IMG/VR virus record: IMGVR_UViG_3300011559_000001
Span: 96,001-160,000 of that record
Strand: one strand, 5' to 3'
Source of the DNA: a virus
Lineage: Duplodnaviria > Caudoviricetes
Length of the DNA: 64,000 nt
A program made the position numbers and the translations under genes. Each line of letters opens with the position of its first letter. The stretch's first letter is position 1. The notes beneath the pieces were generated by a model. The model saw only the letters and a list, made by a program, of their open reading frames with translations. It was not told where the DNA came from and ran no database searches. Shown here in pieces: positions 26,864 through 36,609 of this stretch.

Positions 26864-29800
26864 ATGTTCAAGATTCTCCGTCTGTCCGAACAAGGGTTCT
26901 CCGCGAACCCCGGACTCGGGCAGTATGTGACCGTGCGCACTGGCTCCGGGGAGGGCGAGGACGCATTCGGTCACGTCCTGCTCGGTGATTTCCGCACGTT
27001 CATGACCCAAGTGGTCAATACGCGCATCGACGACTTGGCTGATGAAGTAGCCAACAACTCCGGTCCTTCGATCTGGCCGGTGGCGCGAACGCTGACGTTG
27101 GGTGGGCTGGTCGGTGGTTCGGTGAGCTTTGATGGCTCGCAGAACTTCTCGCTGGTCACCACTGTCGAAGACGGTGCGCTGTCGATCGCTAAGACCGCAG
27201 GCTTGCAAGCGGCGCTGGATAGCAAGTTGGCCACCACTGGCAACGCTGCTACTGCCACGCGTTTGCAGACCTCCCGCAATATCGCCCTGACCGGTGTGAT
27301 CACCGGTACGGCCAGCTTCAACGGCTCGGCCAATGCGTCCATCGCTACGAGTATCGCCGATGATGCGCTGACCTTTGCCAAAGTCGCAGGTCTGCAAGCA
27401 GCTCTGGATGGTAAGGCCTCGCTGAGTGGCGCCACCTTCACCGGTTCGGTGTCCATGCGTGGTAGCACGGTCGACATCTGGGCTGTGGACACCAACACCA
27501 ATCCGGGCGTGACCGTTCGTGGTAATGCAGGGTTGGAGCAAGGCTCGCTGATCTGGGACCGCACCTCCGACTCGATGCGTCTGCGTCGTGCTTCGGCTGA
27601 TGGCGCGACCACTGAAGGTGAATTGGCTGTCTACGGTGATCGGGTCTCGTTCAACGGTGCCACGCTCTACCATACCGGTAACTTGAATGCCCAAGCCCTG
27701 AGCTATCTCTCCGCTTCGGTCACCGAGTATGCCTCCGGTGCCGGTGGGGACTGCAACAGCTTTGCGGCCGGTACCAAGAACCTGGTGCACAACACCAACG
27801 CCAATACCCCGGGCTCCAGCTCGGCGTACTGGTACATCGAAACCCTACTGGCTGGCACCAGTACCAACTCGCTGATCCAGCGTGCGTACTCGGCCAGTAT
27901 CGATGAGCATTACTTCCGTCGTTGCACGGCCGGTGTGTGGTCCAACTGGCGTCGTCAGTGGAACTCGGGCAACTTTGATCCCACCAGCAAGCTGGACAGC
28001 AATGCCGTGGCTGCTTCGGCCACTAAGTTGCAGACCGCACGCACGGTGGCATTGACGGGCAGTGTGACCGGTACGGGTACCTTTGATGGTACTGCGAACC
28101 TGTCCATCGCCACAACCATCGCTGACGCTTCGCTGTCGGTGGCCAAGGTCTCCGGCCTGCAGACCGCATTGGATGACAAACTCTCCATTGGTCAGTACGG
28201 CGTGGGCGGTTCGGTTGCCAACTACAACTGGGCTGCCGAAGTACGTCAGTCGCAGTTCGCTGTGGGCACCACCGGTTCGCCGGAGAGCGGCAAGAACTAC
28301 ATGGGCATGCACGTGGTGCTCAACCACGCTGACTACTATGCTCTGGACGTGGTGGGTCGCAACAACAAGCTGTGGTTCAAAACCGTGGAGTTGGGGACGC
28401 AAGGTTCGTGGCTGGAGGTTTACCACACCGGTAACTTCAACCCGAGCAACTACACCCTGACTACCCGTTCGGTTCTGGCCGGTAGCGGCATCACTGGTGG
28501 TGGTACGTTGGGATCGGATGTCACGCTCACGCTGGGTACGCCCAGTACCTTGAGTGGGTCCACCACCAATGCCGTCACCGCAGGCTCGCATACGCATGCC
28601 CTGAGTGCCAACCTGAAGGCCTGGGACGCGATCACGGTCGCTTCCAAGTTGGATGCAAGCGCTACTGCCGTTGCAGCGACGAAGCTCGCTACGGCGCGTA
28701 CAGTGGCTCTGACGGGCTTGGTGACGGCCACCGGTTCCTTCGATGGGACGGCCAATCTGTCGCTGGCTACCAGTATCGCCGATGCGGCACTGAGCATTGC
28801 CAAGGTCAGTGGTTTGCAGACCGCACTGGATGCACTGGCACCGAAGAACAACCCGACCTTTACCGGTACGGCGCGGTTGAATGGTGACCTGTTGCCCGAT
28901 GCGGACAACACCCGTTCGCTGGGTGCGCCGAACCTGATGTGGAAGGACGTGTACATCGGCCCCGGGTCACTGTACATCAACGGTCAGAAGGTGCTGGAGG
29001 ACAACTCCGGTACGATTCGCATGCTGGCCGATCCGAACCAGAACATCGCCATCCAGACCAGCGGGTCCGGCGACATCGAACTGGCCCCCACCGGTACCGG
29101 TGTGATTCAGATGAAGGGTACGCTGTCGTTGTTGGGTGGATCCAAGATCCGCTCCTCCAATGGCGCTGCCCTGCTGTTTGATGATGACATCCAGTTCACC
29201 ACGGGCACCGGCCTGGTCGGTACTCCCACCGTCAATGGCTTCAACATCTACCACGCCGGTAATCTGGACCTGAGCACCAAGCTCGACGTCACTGGTAACG
29301 CCGCAACGGCGACGCGCCTGTTGACGGCACGCAACATTGCCCTGACGGGTATCGTCACCGGTACGGCTTCGTTCAATGGTTCGGCCAACGCCTCCATTGC
29401 AACGTCGATCGCCGACAACGCTTTGACGATCGCTAAGGTCTCTGGTTTGCAGACTGCGCTGAACACCATCGGCACCACGCTCGATGGCAAGCCCGGTTCG
29501 TACTACCTCAACACCGATCAGATGACGGCAGGTGCAAACCTTTCGCCCAATGGTTCGTTTGAGAATCGCTCGCCGATCAACAACGATCGTCCGCAGTACT
29601 ACGCACTGGGTGGTACGGCCACCGGTCGCAGTAACTCGTTCGTGCCCTCCTCGGTGGGTCCGGCAGGTAATGCGTTCCGCATGGATGCCAGTACCGTCAC
29701 CGCAGGTCAGTACTTCGACATCCGCTTGGACATCAGCGATGGCGACGTGCGTCCCACGGCAACCCCCAAGCGCCGCTATGTGGCGTCTACGGACTTCCGT

Positions 29801-32800
29801 GGTACCGTCGGCGGTACGTTCCAGATGTACATCCAGTTCTACAATGCTGCGGACGCTGTGATCGCTACGGTCACCTCGCCGGAATACGCCGCCAGTGAAG
29901 ATTGGCAGCGGGCAACGTGTTCGGGTGTGGCACCGGCACTGGCTGTGAAGGTGCGTGCGTATCCGGGTCGTCTGTACAACAAGGGTAGCTCCACGCTGGC
30001 CATGTTCATGGAAGTGGACAACCACATGCTGGCCGAAGGTGATGTGGCAACGAACTACATGCCGCATGCCAAGGACACCTACACCGATGGTGAGGTCCTG
30101 GCCAAGCTGTTGACTGTGGACGGTGTGGGCTCGGGTCTGGATGCGGATCTGTTTGGTGGTTTGACCACTGCGCAGTTCATGCGTTTGGATGCGGGCAACT
30201 CCGGTAACTTGCGCATCAACTCCGGTGACGGTCGCGGTGTTCGTTTCTGGGACAGCGATTCGTACAAGATCTACATGTCCGCTGCTGATACGGCAGGGTG
30301 GGGTGGTCGTCTGGGTGAAACCACGTCCAACCACAACATGTACTTCCGTATGGCTGGCGGTACCAACCGCGGCTTCGTGTTCGGCAGCGACACCACTCCG
30401 GTGTTTGCCATCAATCCGACCGGGGTGACCTCGGCGGTGAGTGTGACCGCACCGTCGTTCGTCGGTAACGTGCAGGGCGCCACGACCGTCACGGTCAACA
30501 ATCCGTCCAATACGGCAGCCAATACCACTTTGGGTTACACCGCCAACGGACCGCGTCTGCGTATCGGCGGTTCAGGCACGGGTGCTGATGCCACCTTCAC
30601 CATCGAAGGCGTCAGTGACTTCAAGCGCATGTCGCTGGACAAGAACGGTAGCGTCGTGTTCCCGGGTTCGGTGACCGCAGGCAGCTTCATCGGTAACATC
30701 AGTAATGCTGATTCGGCCGCTAAGCTCGCCACGGCCCGTACGATCGCCCTGACGGGCGTCGCCACCGGTAGCGCTAGCTTCGATGGTTCGGCTAACGTGT
30801 CGATCGCCACGAGCGTTGCAGACGGCTCTCTGAGCATTGCCAGCACCTCCGGGTTGCAGGCTGCGCTGGATGGCAAGATGGACAACGGCGCCTTCGGCCT
30901 GGGTACGGTCAGTGGTGGTTACAACTGGGCCAGCACCGAGCGCATCTCGCGCTTCACCGGTGGCTTGACCAATGGCCCGATCGCTGACACCAGCGTGATG
31001 GGTTTCCGCTCCACGCTGAACAATGCGCAGCTCTACGCCGCCAGCTTTGTGGGTCGCAACAATCGTGCTTTCTTCCAGACGATTGAAAACGCCACGGTGC
31101 AGGCATGGAACGAGCTGTACCATACCGGTAACTTCAATCCGGCTGACTATCTGTCCAGTGGCCGCACGGTCACTGCAGGTAACGGTCTGACTGGTGGTGG
31201 CGCACTGACGGCCAACATTACCCTGACCATGGGTACGCCGGGTACACTGAGCGGTAGCACCACCAACGCTGTGACCAGTACTTCCCACACCCATGCCTTG
31301 AGTGCAAACTTGAAGCTGTGGGATGCCCAGGTCCCCACCAGTTACGTTGCACCGTCGGCCACCAAGCTGGCCGCAGCGCGTACGGTGACCTTCAGTGGTG
31401 ACTTGGTGGGTAACTACAGCTTTGACGGTAGTGCTGATCAGACTGCCTTCACGCGTGTGCGTTCGGTTGCCCACGGTGGTACGGGCACGGCCTATGCCAA
31501 CCAGTGGACGCGTATCTGCCGTGCGACGCTGATGGCACAGTACGAAGATGCGGCCATCAAGTTCTTGATGCTCGGTTACGGTGACGGCTCGACCGCTCCG
31601 CGTCAGGCCACGGTGTTGTTCCGTGTCAAGCAGCAGAACACGCTGCCGGCACTGCCGTATGTCAACGTGGAAGTGGAATCGCAGAACTACCTGACCCCGG
31701 ATGCTTTCGTGGCGGTGATTGGCGACACCACGTCCTACCCGATCACGGTGGACCTGTATGTCAAGATGGCAGCTACGTACTCGGGTTTGAAGAGTACGGT
31801 GTTGGCGCGCGGCGGTAGCCGTACGTTGGACATGCTCGACGCCGATGGCTACATCGCCACGCTGCCGGAAGGTACGCAAGTGGTGGGTGAGCGGGTTAAC
31901 CTGCGCATGTACACCAAGGCGCTGGAGATCACCGATACGCTGTCGGTGGGTGCCATTACCGGTACGGGTGACAACACCTGGACGGGCACCAACTACTTCA
32001 ACGCGCCTAACACGCACTTCGGTGCTACCAACACGGGCAACACGATCCTTGAGATCGGTGGGCGGGCTGGTACGGCCACCACGGTCGGACTGGACTTCCA
32101 CAGCAGTGGCAGTAACAACGACTTTGACTCGCGCATCTCGGCAACGGGTGGTACGGGCACCAACGGTGCAGGTAAGTTGACGGCCTCGGCTATCGACTTC
32201 GGGTTCACCGGTACGGTGACGCTGGTCAACGACAAGCTGCTGTACTTCGGCTCCAGTGGTGCAGCCATGCGCGGTACCAGCACGGGTAGCATTGTGTTGG
32301 CTTCGGGTGTGGGCGCTAGCGGTAACGTCTACCTGCGTCCCAACGGCGAATCCAGTACCACCGGACAAGCTGTGGTCTACACCAACGGTGTGTTGGATGC
32401 CAACAGTCTGAAGGCCAATAACTCCGGTGCTGGCGCAGTCATGCTTGAGCTGTCCGGCGAGCGTGCGTGGCAGTTCCGTCAGTCGGGCACTGCAGCGACT
32501 TCGGCACTGGAACTGTTTGACGTCACCGGCGGTAAGCGCTTTGACATCACCTCGACCTCCAGCAGTAACAAGGTCTCCATTGACCCCAACGCTTCTCGCG
32601 TGTCGGCCAATGAGTTCGTCGGTTCGCTGACCGGTAATGCCAGCACGGCCACCAATGCATCGACGGTGGGCAATCTGGCGGCGGGTTCGTTCCTGCGTAG
32701 CGATTCCACCAACAGTGTTGATGTGCGTTTGGCATCTGGTGACGGTCGTGGTCTGCGGTTCTGGGACAACGACAATTACAAGATCTCCATGAGTGCGGCG

Positions 32801-34384
32801 ACCACGGCTAACACCGGTGGTCGGATCACGGGTGAAACCACCTCTGATTACAACATGTACTTCCGCATGTCCTCGGGCACCAATCGCGGTTTCGTCTTCG
32901 AGGCTAGCAATGCCAACAAGATCTTCGCGATCAACCCCAACGGCGTTCGGTCGGTTGTGGGTATGTACGCTCCGGGCTTCACCGGTCCGCTGATTGGTAA
33001 CGCCGACACGGCAACCAAGCTGGCTACGGCCCGCACGATCAACGGTGTCAGCTTTGATGGCTCGGCTAACATCACCATCAATGCCGCATGGGCCGGTGGT
33101 AATGTCAACAATGTGATCAACATCTTCAACGGTACGATCAACTCGCAAGCGTCGTTGTTGACGTTGGGTTGGGGTACCGGTTCGACACGATGGGCGCATG
33201 TGTTTGAAGGCGACGCTACCTACTCGCTGTACTCCTACAACGCTAGTGGTGGTAATCCGTTGCGTGTGGCATGGTTTGCCAATTTGGCCGGCGGCGGCAA
33301 TAGCTTCTCTGCATTCGGCGTTGAAGGTGGTATCCGCACCCAAGGCGCCAGCGCAGGGCTTAACGTGGCTGACCGTACCGGTGGTAGTAATGGTGATTGG
33401 AGCATCTACGCTTCGGATCAGGCGCTTCGCTTCTGGTACGGCGGGACGGGCGCCAGTGATAAGGTCTCCATCAGTTCCGGTGGTGAGGTGGGTGCTCAGC
33501 GTGCACGACTGATCGCTGAAGCGCCGCTGCACTTTACCTTCGGCAATGGCAGTTTGTCGCGCATCTACGCATGGGGTACGGGTGGTGCAGGCGATGACAT
33601 GTTCAACGTCTTGCGCAATGGCACCAGTAACTACAACCTGTTCTGGAACGGCAACATGGAGGCGTCCAACACGCTCCGTGTGGGCAATCAACTCTACCTC
33701 AACGGTGGTTGGTTCCGTACCCAGCAGTCAGGGTGTGGTTGGTACCACGAAGTCCATGGTGGTGGTTGGTTCATGCAGGATAACACCTGGATCCGAACCT
33801 ACAACGGCAAGGGTGTCCTGATCACCGGTGCCTCCGGCAATGACGGTGGCCTGCGTATGGAAGGTCCCTCGCCGACGGTCACCTTCTACGATACCGACAG
33901 TGGTCGTACCAACTGGCTGCACTGCAATGACGACAACATTGGCTTCCTGGCCAGTAACTCGTTCTCGTGGGCAACCTACCGCAACGGCAGCAACGACTGG
34001 GTGTGTATCGGTAACATCGTGGGCTACTCCTCCGATGAACGCCTGAAGCACCACATCTACAACGTGGACCGTGCGATCCCAACGGACTTCTTTGACCGCT
34101 TCGTGGTCCGGGAATTCGACTGGAACTACGACGCCATTGCGGAACTGAATCCCGACTTCAAGCCGATTGCCGACCACGAGGTCGGTGCCGTCGCGCAGGA
34201 GGTCGAGAAGGTCTATCCGTTCATGGTGACCACGCACGAGCACACCGGCATCAAGACGATCATGTGGGACAAGGCTGTCCCGCTGTTGATCTCTGAGGTG
34301 CAGGAGCTGCGCAAGCTCAAGCCGGTCGTTGACGAGCTGCTCCAGCGCATCGCGGCGCTGGAGGCCAAGACTGGGGGTGGCTAA
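26864..34384 (+). CDS. Giant (2506 aa) long tail fibre with C-terminal S74 autochaperone
   Basis: Six full shaft modules, several YH.GNFNP knobs, SHTH motifs, a CBM-like NLSPNGSFE domain, SDERLK and GAVAQEV; AAGGA RBS. Confidence 0.9.
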   Translation: MFKILRLSEQGFSANPGLGQYVTVRTGSGEGEDAFGHVLLGDFRTFMTQVVNTRIDDLADEVANNSGPSIWPVARTLTLGGLVGGSVSFDGSQNFSLVTTVEDGALSIAKTAGLQAALDSKLATTGNAATATRLQTSRNIALTGVITGTASFNGSANASIATSIADDALTFAKVAGLQAALDGKASLSGATFTGSVSMRGSTVDIWAVDTNTNPGVTVRGNAGLEQGSLIWDRTSDSMRLRRASADGATTEGELAVYGDRVSFNGATLYHTGNLNAQALSYLSASVTEYASGAGGDCNSFAAGTKNLVHNTNANTPGSSSAYWYIETLLAGTSTNSLIQRAYSASIDEHYFRRCTAGVWSNWRRQWNSGNFDPTSKLDSNAVAASATKLQTARTVALTGSVTGTGTFDGTANLSIATTIADASLSVAKVSGLQTALDDKLSIGQYGVGGSVANYNWAAEVRQSQFAVGTTGSPESGKNYMGMHVVLNHADYYALDVVGRNNKLWFKTVELGTQGSWLEVYHTGNFNPSNYTLTTRSVLAGSGITGGGTLGSDVTLTLGTPSTLSGSTTNAVTAGSHTHALSANLKAWDAITVASKLDASATAVAATKLATARTVALTGLVTATGSFDGTANLSLATSIADAALSIAKVSGLQTALDALAPKNNPTFTGTARLNGDLLPDADNTRSLGAPNLMWKDVYIGPGSLYINGQKVLEDNSGTIRMLADPNQNIAIQTSGSGDIELAPTGTGVIQMKGTLSLLGGSKIRSSNGAALLFDDDIQFTTGTGLVGTPTVNGFNIYHAGNLDLSTKLDVTGNAATATRLLTARNIALTGIVTGTASFNGSANASIATSIADNALTIAKVSGLQTALNTIGTTLDGKPGSYYLNTDQMTAGANLSPNGSFENRSPINNDRPQYYALGGTATGRSNSFVPSSVGPAGNAFRMDASTVTAGQYFDIRLDISDGDVRPTATPKRRYVASTDFRGTVGGTFQMYIQFYNAADAVIATVTSPEYAASEDWQRATCSGVAPALAVKVRAYPGRLYNKGSSTLAMFMEVDNHMLAEGDVATNYMPHAKDTYTDGEVLAKLLTVDGVGSGLDADLFGGLTTAQFMRLDAGNSGNLRINSGDGRGVRFWDSDSYKIYMSAADTAGWGGRLGETTSNHNMYFRMAGGTNRGFVFGSDTTPVFAINPTGVTSAVSVTAPSFVGNVQGATTVTVNNPSNTAANTTLGYTANGPRLRIGGSGTGADATFTIEGVSDFKRMSLDKNGSVVFPGSVTAGSFIGNISNADSAAKLATARTIALTGVATGSASFDGSANVSIATSVADGSLSIASTSGLQAALDGKMDNGAFGLGTVSGGYNWASTERISRFTGGLTNGPIADTSVMGFRSTLNNAQLYAASFVGRNNRAFFQTIENATVQAWNELYHTGNFNPADYLSSGRTVTAGNGLTGGGALTANITLTMGTPGTLSGSTTNAVTSTSHTHALSANLKLWDAQVPTSYVAPSATKLAAARTVTFSGDLVGNYSFDGSADQTAFTRVRSVAHGGTGTAYANQWTRICRATLMAQYEDAAIKFLMLGYGDGSTAPRQATVLFRVKQQNTLPALPYVNVEVESQNYLTPDAFVAVIGDTTSYPITVDLYVKMAATYSGLKSTVLARGGSRTLDMLDADGYIATLPEGTQVVGERVNLRMYTKALEITDTLSVGAITGTGDNTWTGTNYFNAPNTHFGATNTGNTILEIGGRAGTATTVGLDFHSSGSNNDFDSRISATGGTGTNGAGKLTASAIDFGFTGTVTLVNDKLLYFGSSGAAMRGTSTGSIVLASGVGASGNVYLRPNGESSTTGQAVVYTNGVLDANSLKANNSGAGAVMLELSGERAWQFRQSGTAATSALELFDVTGGKRFDITSTSSSNKVSIDPNASRVSANEFVGSLTGNASTATNASTVGNLAAGSFLRSDSTNSVDVRLASGDGRGLRFWDNDNYKISMSAATTANTGGRITGETTSDYNMYFRMSSGTNRGFVFEASNANKIFAINPNGVRSVVGMYAPGFTGPLIGNADTATKLATARTINGVSFDGSANITINAAWAGGNVNNVINIFNGTINSQASLLTLGWGTGSTRWAHVFEGDATYSLYSYNASGGNPLRVAWFANLAGGGNSFSAFGVEGGIRTQGASAGLNVADRTGGSNGDWSIYASDQALRFWYGGTGASDKVSISSGGEVGAQRARLIAEAPLHFTFGNGSLSRIYAWGTGGAGDDMFNVLRNGTSNYNLFWNGNMEASNTLRVGNQLYLNGGWFRTQQSGCGWYHEVHGGGWFMQDNTWIRTYNGKGVLITGASGNDGGLRMEGPSPTVTFYDTDSGRTNWLHCNDDNIGFLASNSFSWATYRNGSNDWVCIGNIVGYSSDERLKHHIYNVDRAIPTDFFDRFVVREFDWNYDAIAELNPDFKPIADHEVGAVAQEVEKVYPFMVTTHEHTGIKTIMWDKAVPLLISEVQELRKLKPVVDELLQRIAALEAKTGGG

Positions 34385-34854
34385 TGGCCATCCCCACCTC
34401 TGGTCAAATCAGCTTCGGTGACTTCCTTAACGAGTTCGGTGGGGGCACGCCGGTCTATTTCAGCCAGATGTATCGTGGCGGTCCGCGTGTTCCCAACAAC
34501 TCGGCCAACCAAGGCGTCCCCACCAGCGGTACGTTGTACCTCTCGCAGTTTCGAGGTGCAGCTGCCTCAGTGGGTTCTCCGCTGTCGGTCACCGCACCGA
34601 ACGTGAGTCGTGTGGTCAACAGCGGTACGGCCACCGGTAGCTCGGTAGCCAGTGCCTCCGGTGGTTCGGGTGGTTACACCTATACCTGGACCAACGGTAC
34701 GCCGGGCGCCAACTTCAGTTCCAATGGTGCAACGGCGACTTGGTCGTCCCCCTCGAGTCGTTCGGGTACGGGTACGGTCACGGTACGCGACTCCTCCGGT
34801 GCAACGGCCTCCTACCAGATCTACGTGGATCTCACGGTGGGTCGTCCGGTTTAA
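34384..34854 (+). CDS. Putative fibre-tip adhesin 1
   Basis: TAATG overlap with the fibre stop; MAIPTSGQISF...FGG...YRGG..VPN...PTSG...SQF.G N-terminal domain; S/G/T-rich Ig-like C-terminus. Confidence 0.75.
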   Translation: MAIPTSGQISFGDFLNEFGGGTPVYFSQMYRGGPRVPNNSANQGVPTSGTLYLSQFRGAAASVGSPLSVTAPNVSRVVNSGTATGSSVASASGGSGGYTYTWTNGTPGANFSSNGATATWSSPSSRSGTGTVTVRDSSGATASYQIYVDLTVGRPV

Positions 34855-34926
34855 GTAAACCTCCAACGGGACATGGACGTCCCTGCGGACACCTTTTCAC
34901 ATGGCACAGTTCTACGGGGGTAGACA

Positions 34927-35358
34927 ATGTCCAATCAACAAGAGAATGCACGTTTCGTGGACATGGGTGGCGGCAACATTGCCGAAATGATTTCGCACCA
35001 GATCCAAGTGTTCTGGGATCCGACCAACCAAGCAGCGCGGGCTGTGTTCAACGGCGCCCCGTACATGCTGATGGGTCGCAAGTACCAGCGCATTGGCTTG
35101 GAGCAGGACATGCTCGAGCAGGAACTGACGCACCTGATGCACCTGCGTCTGATCCCGCCGGGTACGCTTGATCCGGTCACAGGCTTTGACCTGTCCAACG
35201 TGTCGATGTATGGCATCGTGCTCATCCACAAGGGTGCGTACGACTTCTTCTACAACGTCCGTGCTGGCACGCCGGGGTACCCGTTGCCGGGTACGATCGA
35301 AGGCGCCCAGCCCACTTACCAAGGTGACAGCCGCCCGGCGGCACCCGTGGAGATCTAA
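34927..35358 (+). CDS. Tail-associated hypothetical protein
   Basis: 143 aa; DPVTG.DLSNVS..G....K.AYD motif that I recall from phage tail modules; GGGGG RBS-like run. Confidence 0.65.
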   Translation: MSNQQENARFVDMGGGNIAEMISHQIQVFWDPTNQAARAVFNGAPYMLMGRKYQRIGLEQDMLEQELTHLMHLRLIPPGTLDPVTGFDLSNVSMYGIVLIHKGAYDFFYNVRAGTPGYPLPGTIEGAQPTYQGDSRPAAPVEI

Positions 35359-35361
35359 ACC

Positions 35362-35838
35362 ATGGCATTGGGTACGAATCCGAGTTTCTCGCAAGTGCGC
35401 GCGTTCTTTGGAGGGTCTGCGAATCTAAAGGACTATTATCGTGGGGGACCTTACGTACCCAATATCCCGGCGAACAACGCCATCTCCACTACAGCCGCTG
35501 GATTGCGGTTGACCCAGTTTACCGGCGCTGACAAGCAGTCGAACTTCACCTGGAGTGTGAGCCCGAACATGTTCCGGGTAAACAACTCCACTGCGTGGAC
35601 AACGCAGGCGTTCACCATCACCACTTCCGGAGCGACCGGAGCGGTGACCTATGCAATCGAGCTGTATCCGCAATCGGGGATGCTGGCCAATGTCATTTCT
35701 GGTAACGGCACCGCCAACCCGTCCGTCCAAGCACGCCGACAGGGTCAGGAAGTCAGTGGCGAGGACAGTTTCATTCGCTTCAAGGTCACGCACGCTGGTG
35801 TCACCACTAGCGTTGACGTGCAGATGTACTTCGGCTAA
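35362..35838 (+). CDS. Putative fibre-tip adhesin 2
   Basis: Same N-terminal domain (FGG...YYRGGPYVPNIPANNAI...QF.GADK); GGAG RBS; distinct beta-rich C-terminus. Confidence 0.75.
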   Translation: MALGTNPSFSQVRAFFGGSANLKDYYRGGPYVPNIPANNAISTTAAGLRLTQFTGADKQSNFTWSVSPNMFRVNNSTAWTTQAFTITTSGATGAVTYAIELYPQSGMLANVISGNGTANPSVQARRQGQEVSGEDSFIRFKVTHAGVTTSVDVQMYFG

Positions 35839-35842
35839 CGCA

Positions 35843-35875
35843 AGGGAGGGACTTCGGTCCCTCCCTATTTTATGC
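35843..35875 (+). terminator. Hairpin with TTTTATGC flank
   Basis: AGGGAGGGAC TTCG GTCCCTCCCT ATTTTATGC. Confidence 0.8.
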
Positions 35876-35900
35876 TCTCTTCCACTTTGCAGTAGCAGTC

Positions 35901-36479
35901 ATGGCTTTAGGTTCTAACCCCAGCTTTTCCCAGATCCGTGCTTTCTTTGGTGGGTCGAATAACTTCAAGGATTACTATCGCGGCGGCCCGTACGTCCCGA
36001 ACATTCCTGCCAATAACGCCATCCCCACCGGTCCTGCGGGGATGAGCATGCGCCAGTTCTCTGGTGCTGATAAGAACACCGCACCTCCCGTACCGAACTT
36101 TGGTGATGCCAGTGCGTATGCTGACCTGTTCGTCAATAGTGCGGGCGGCGGCAGTTGTAACGCCTACGTCGAACTGCACAACAACGGTCAGGTGTATTCG
36201 TATTCCTCGACCAATGGTGCTGGTTATGTCTCCACCTGGCTGCCCAGTGGTCGCTCCCCTGGCGAGTACATGGCCCGACGTAGTTTTGACAATGGTGCGA
36301 CGTGGGAAGGCTGGCAGTCGCTGGCGTCCACGTACCTGTGTGTCTCGGCCAATGCGTGGTCCGATGGCTTCTACAGTGAACAAGATAGCCAGGTTGCGCT
36401 GGTGCAGATCGGCTATGGTGGGAATGTCCAAGCCCAAGCTAACTTCTACGCCACCGCCTCGGCCAACGGTCGCGGTTAA
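35901..36479 (+). CDS. Putative fibre-tip adhesin 3
   Basis: First 41 aa are 37/41 identical to adhesin 2; unrelated aromatic-rich C-terminus. Confidence 0.75.
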   Translation: MALGSNPSFSQIRAFFGGSNNFKDYYRGGPYVPNIPANNAIPTGPAGMSMRQFSGADKNTAPPVPNFGDASAYADLFVNSAGGGSCNAYVELHNNGQVYSYSSTNGAGYVSTWLPSGRSPGEYMARRSFDNGATWEGWQSLASTYLCVSANAWSDGFYSEQDSQVALVQIGYGGNVQAQANFYATASANGRG

Positions 36480-36609
36480 TCGTTAGGTCAAGTGGGCAAT
36501 ACTTTGAGATCGTCTCGTGAAGAGGCGAATGAAAGATTACGCAGCCTGCTAGATGTAGTGAAAAACATCCAGCGTGGCTGGTCCACAGAACTTTAAAGGC
36601 TGGTACTCT

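Noticed and set aside
34384-36479. Shufflon/invertase or DGR explanation for the variable tip genes
   Set aside because: All three are complete same-strand genes; no recombinase, inverted crossover sites, reverse transcriptase or adenine-specific TR/VR pair is visible in the window.
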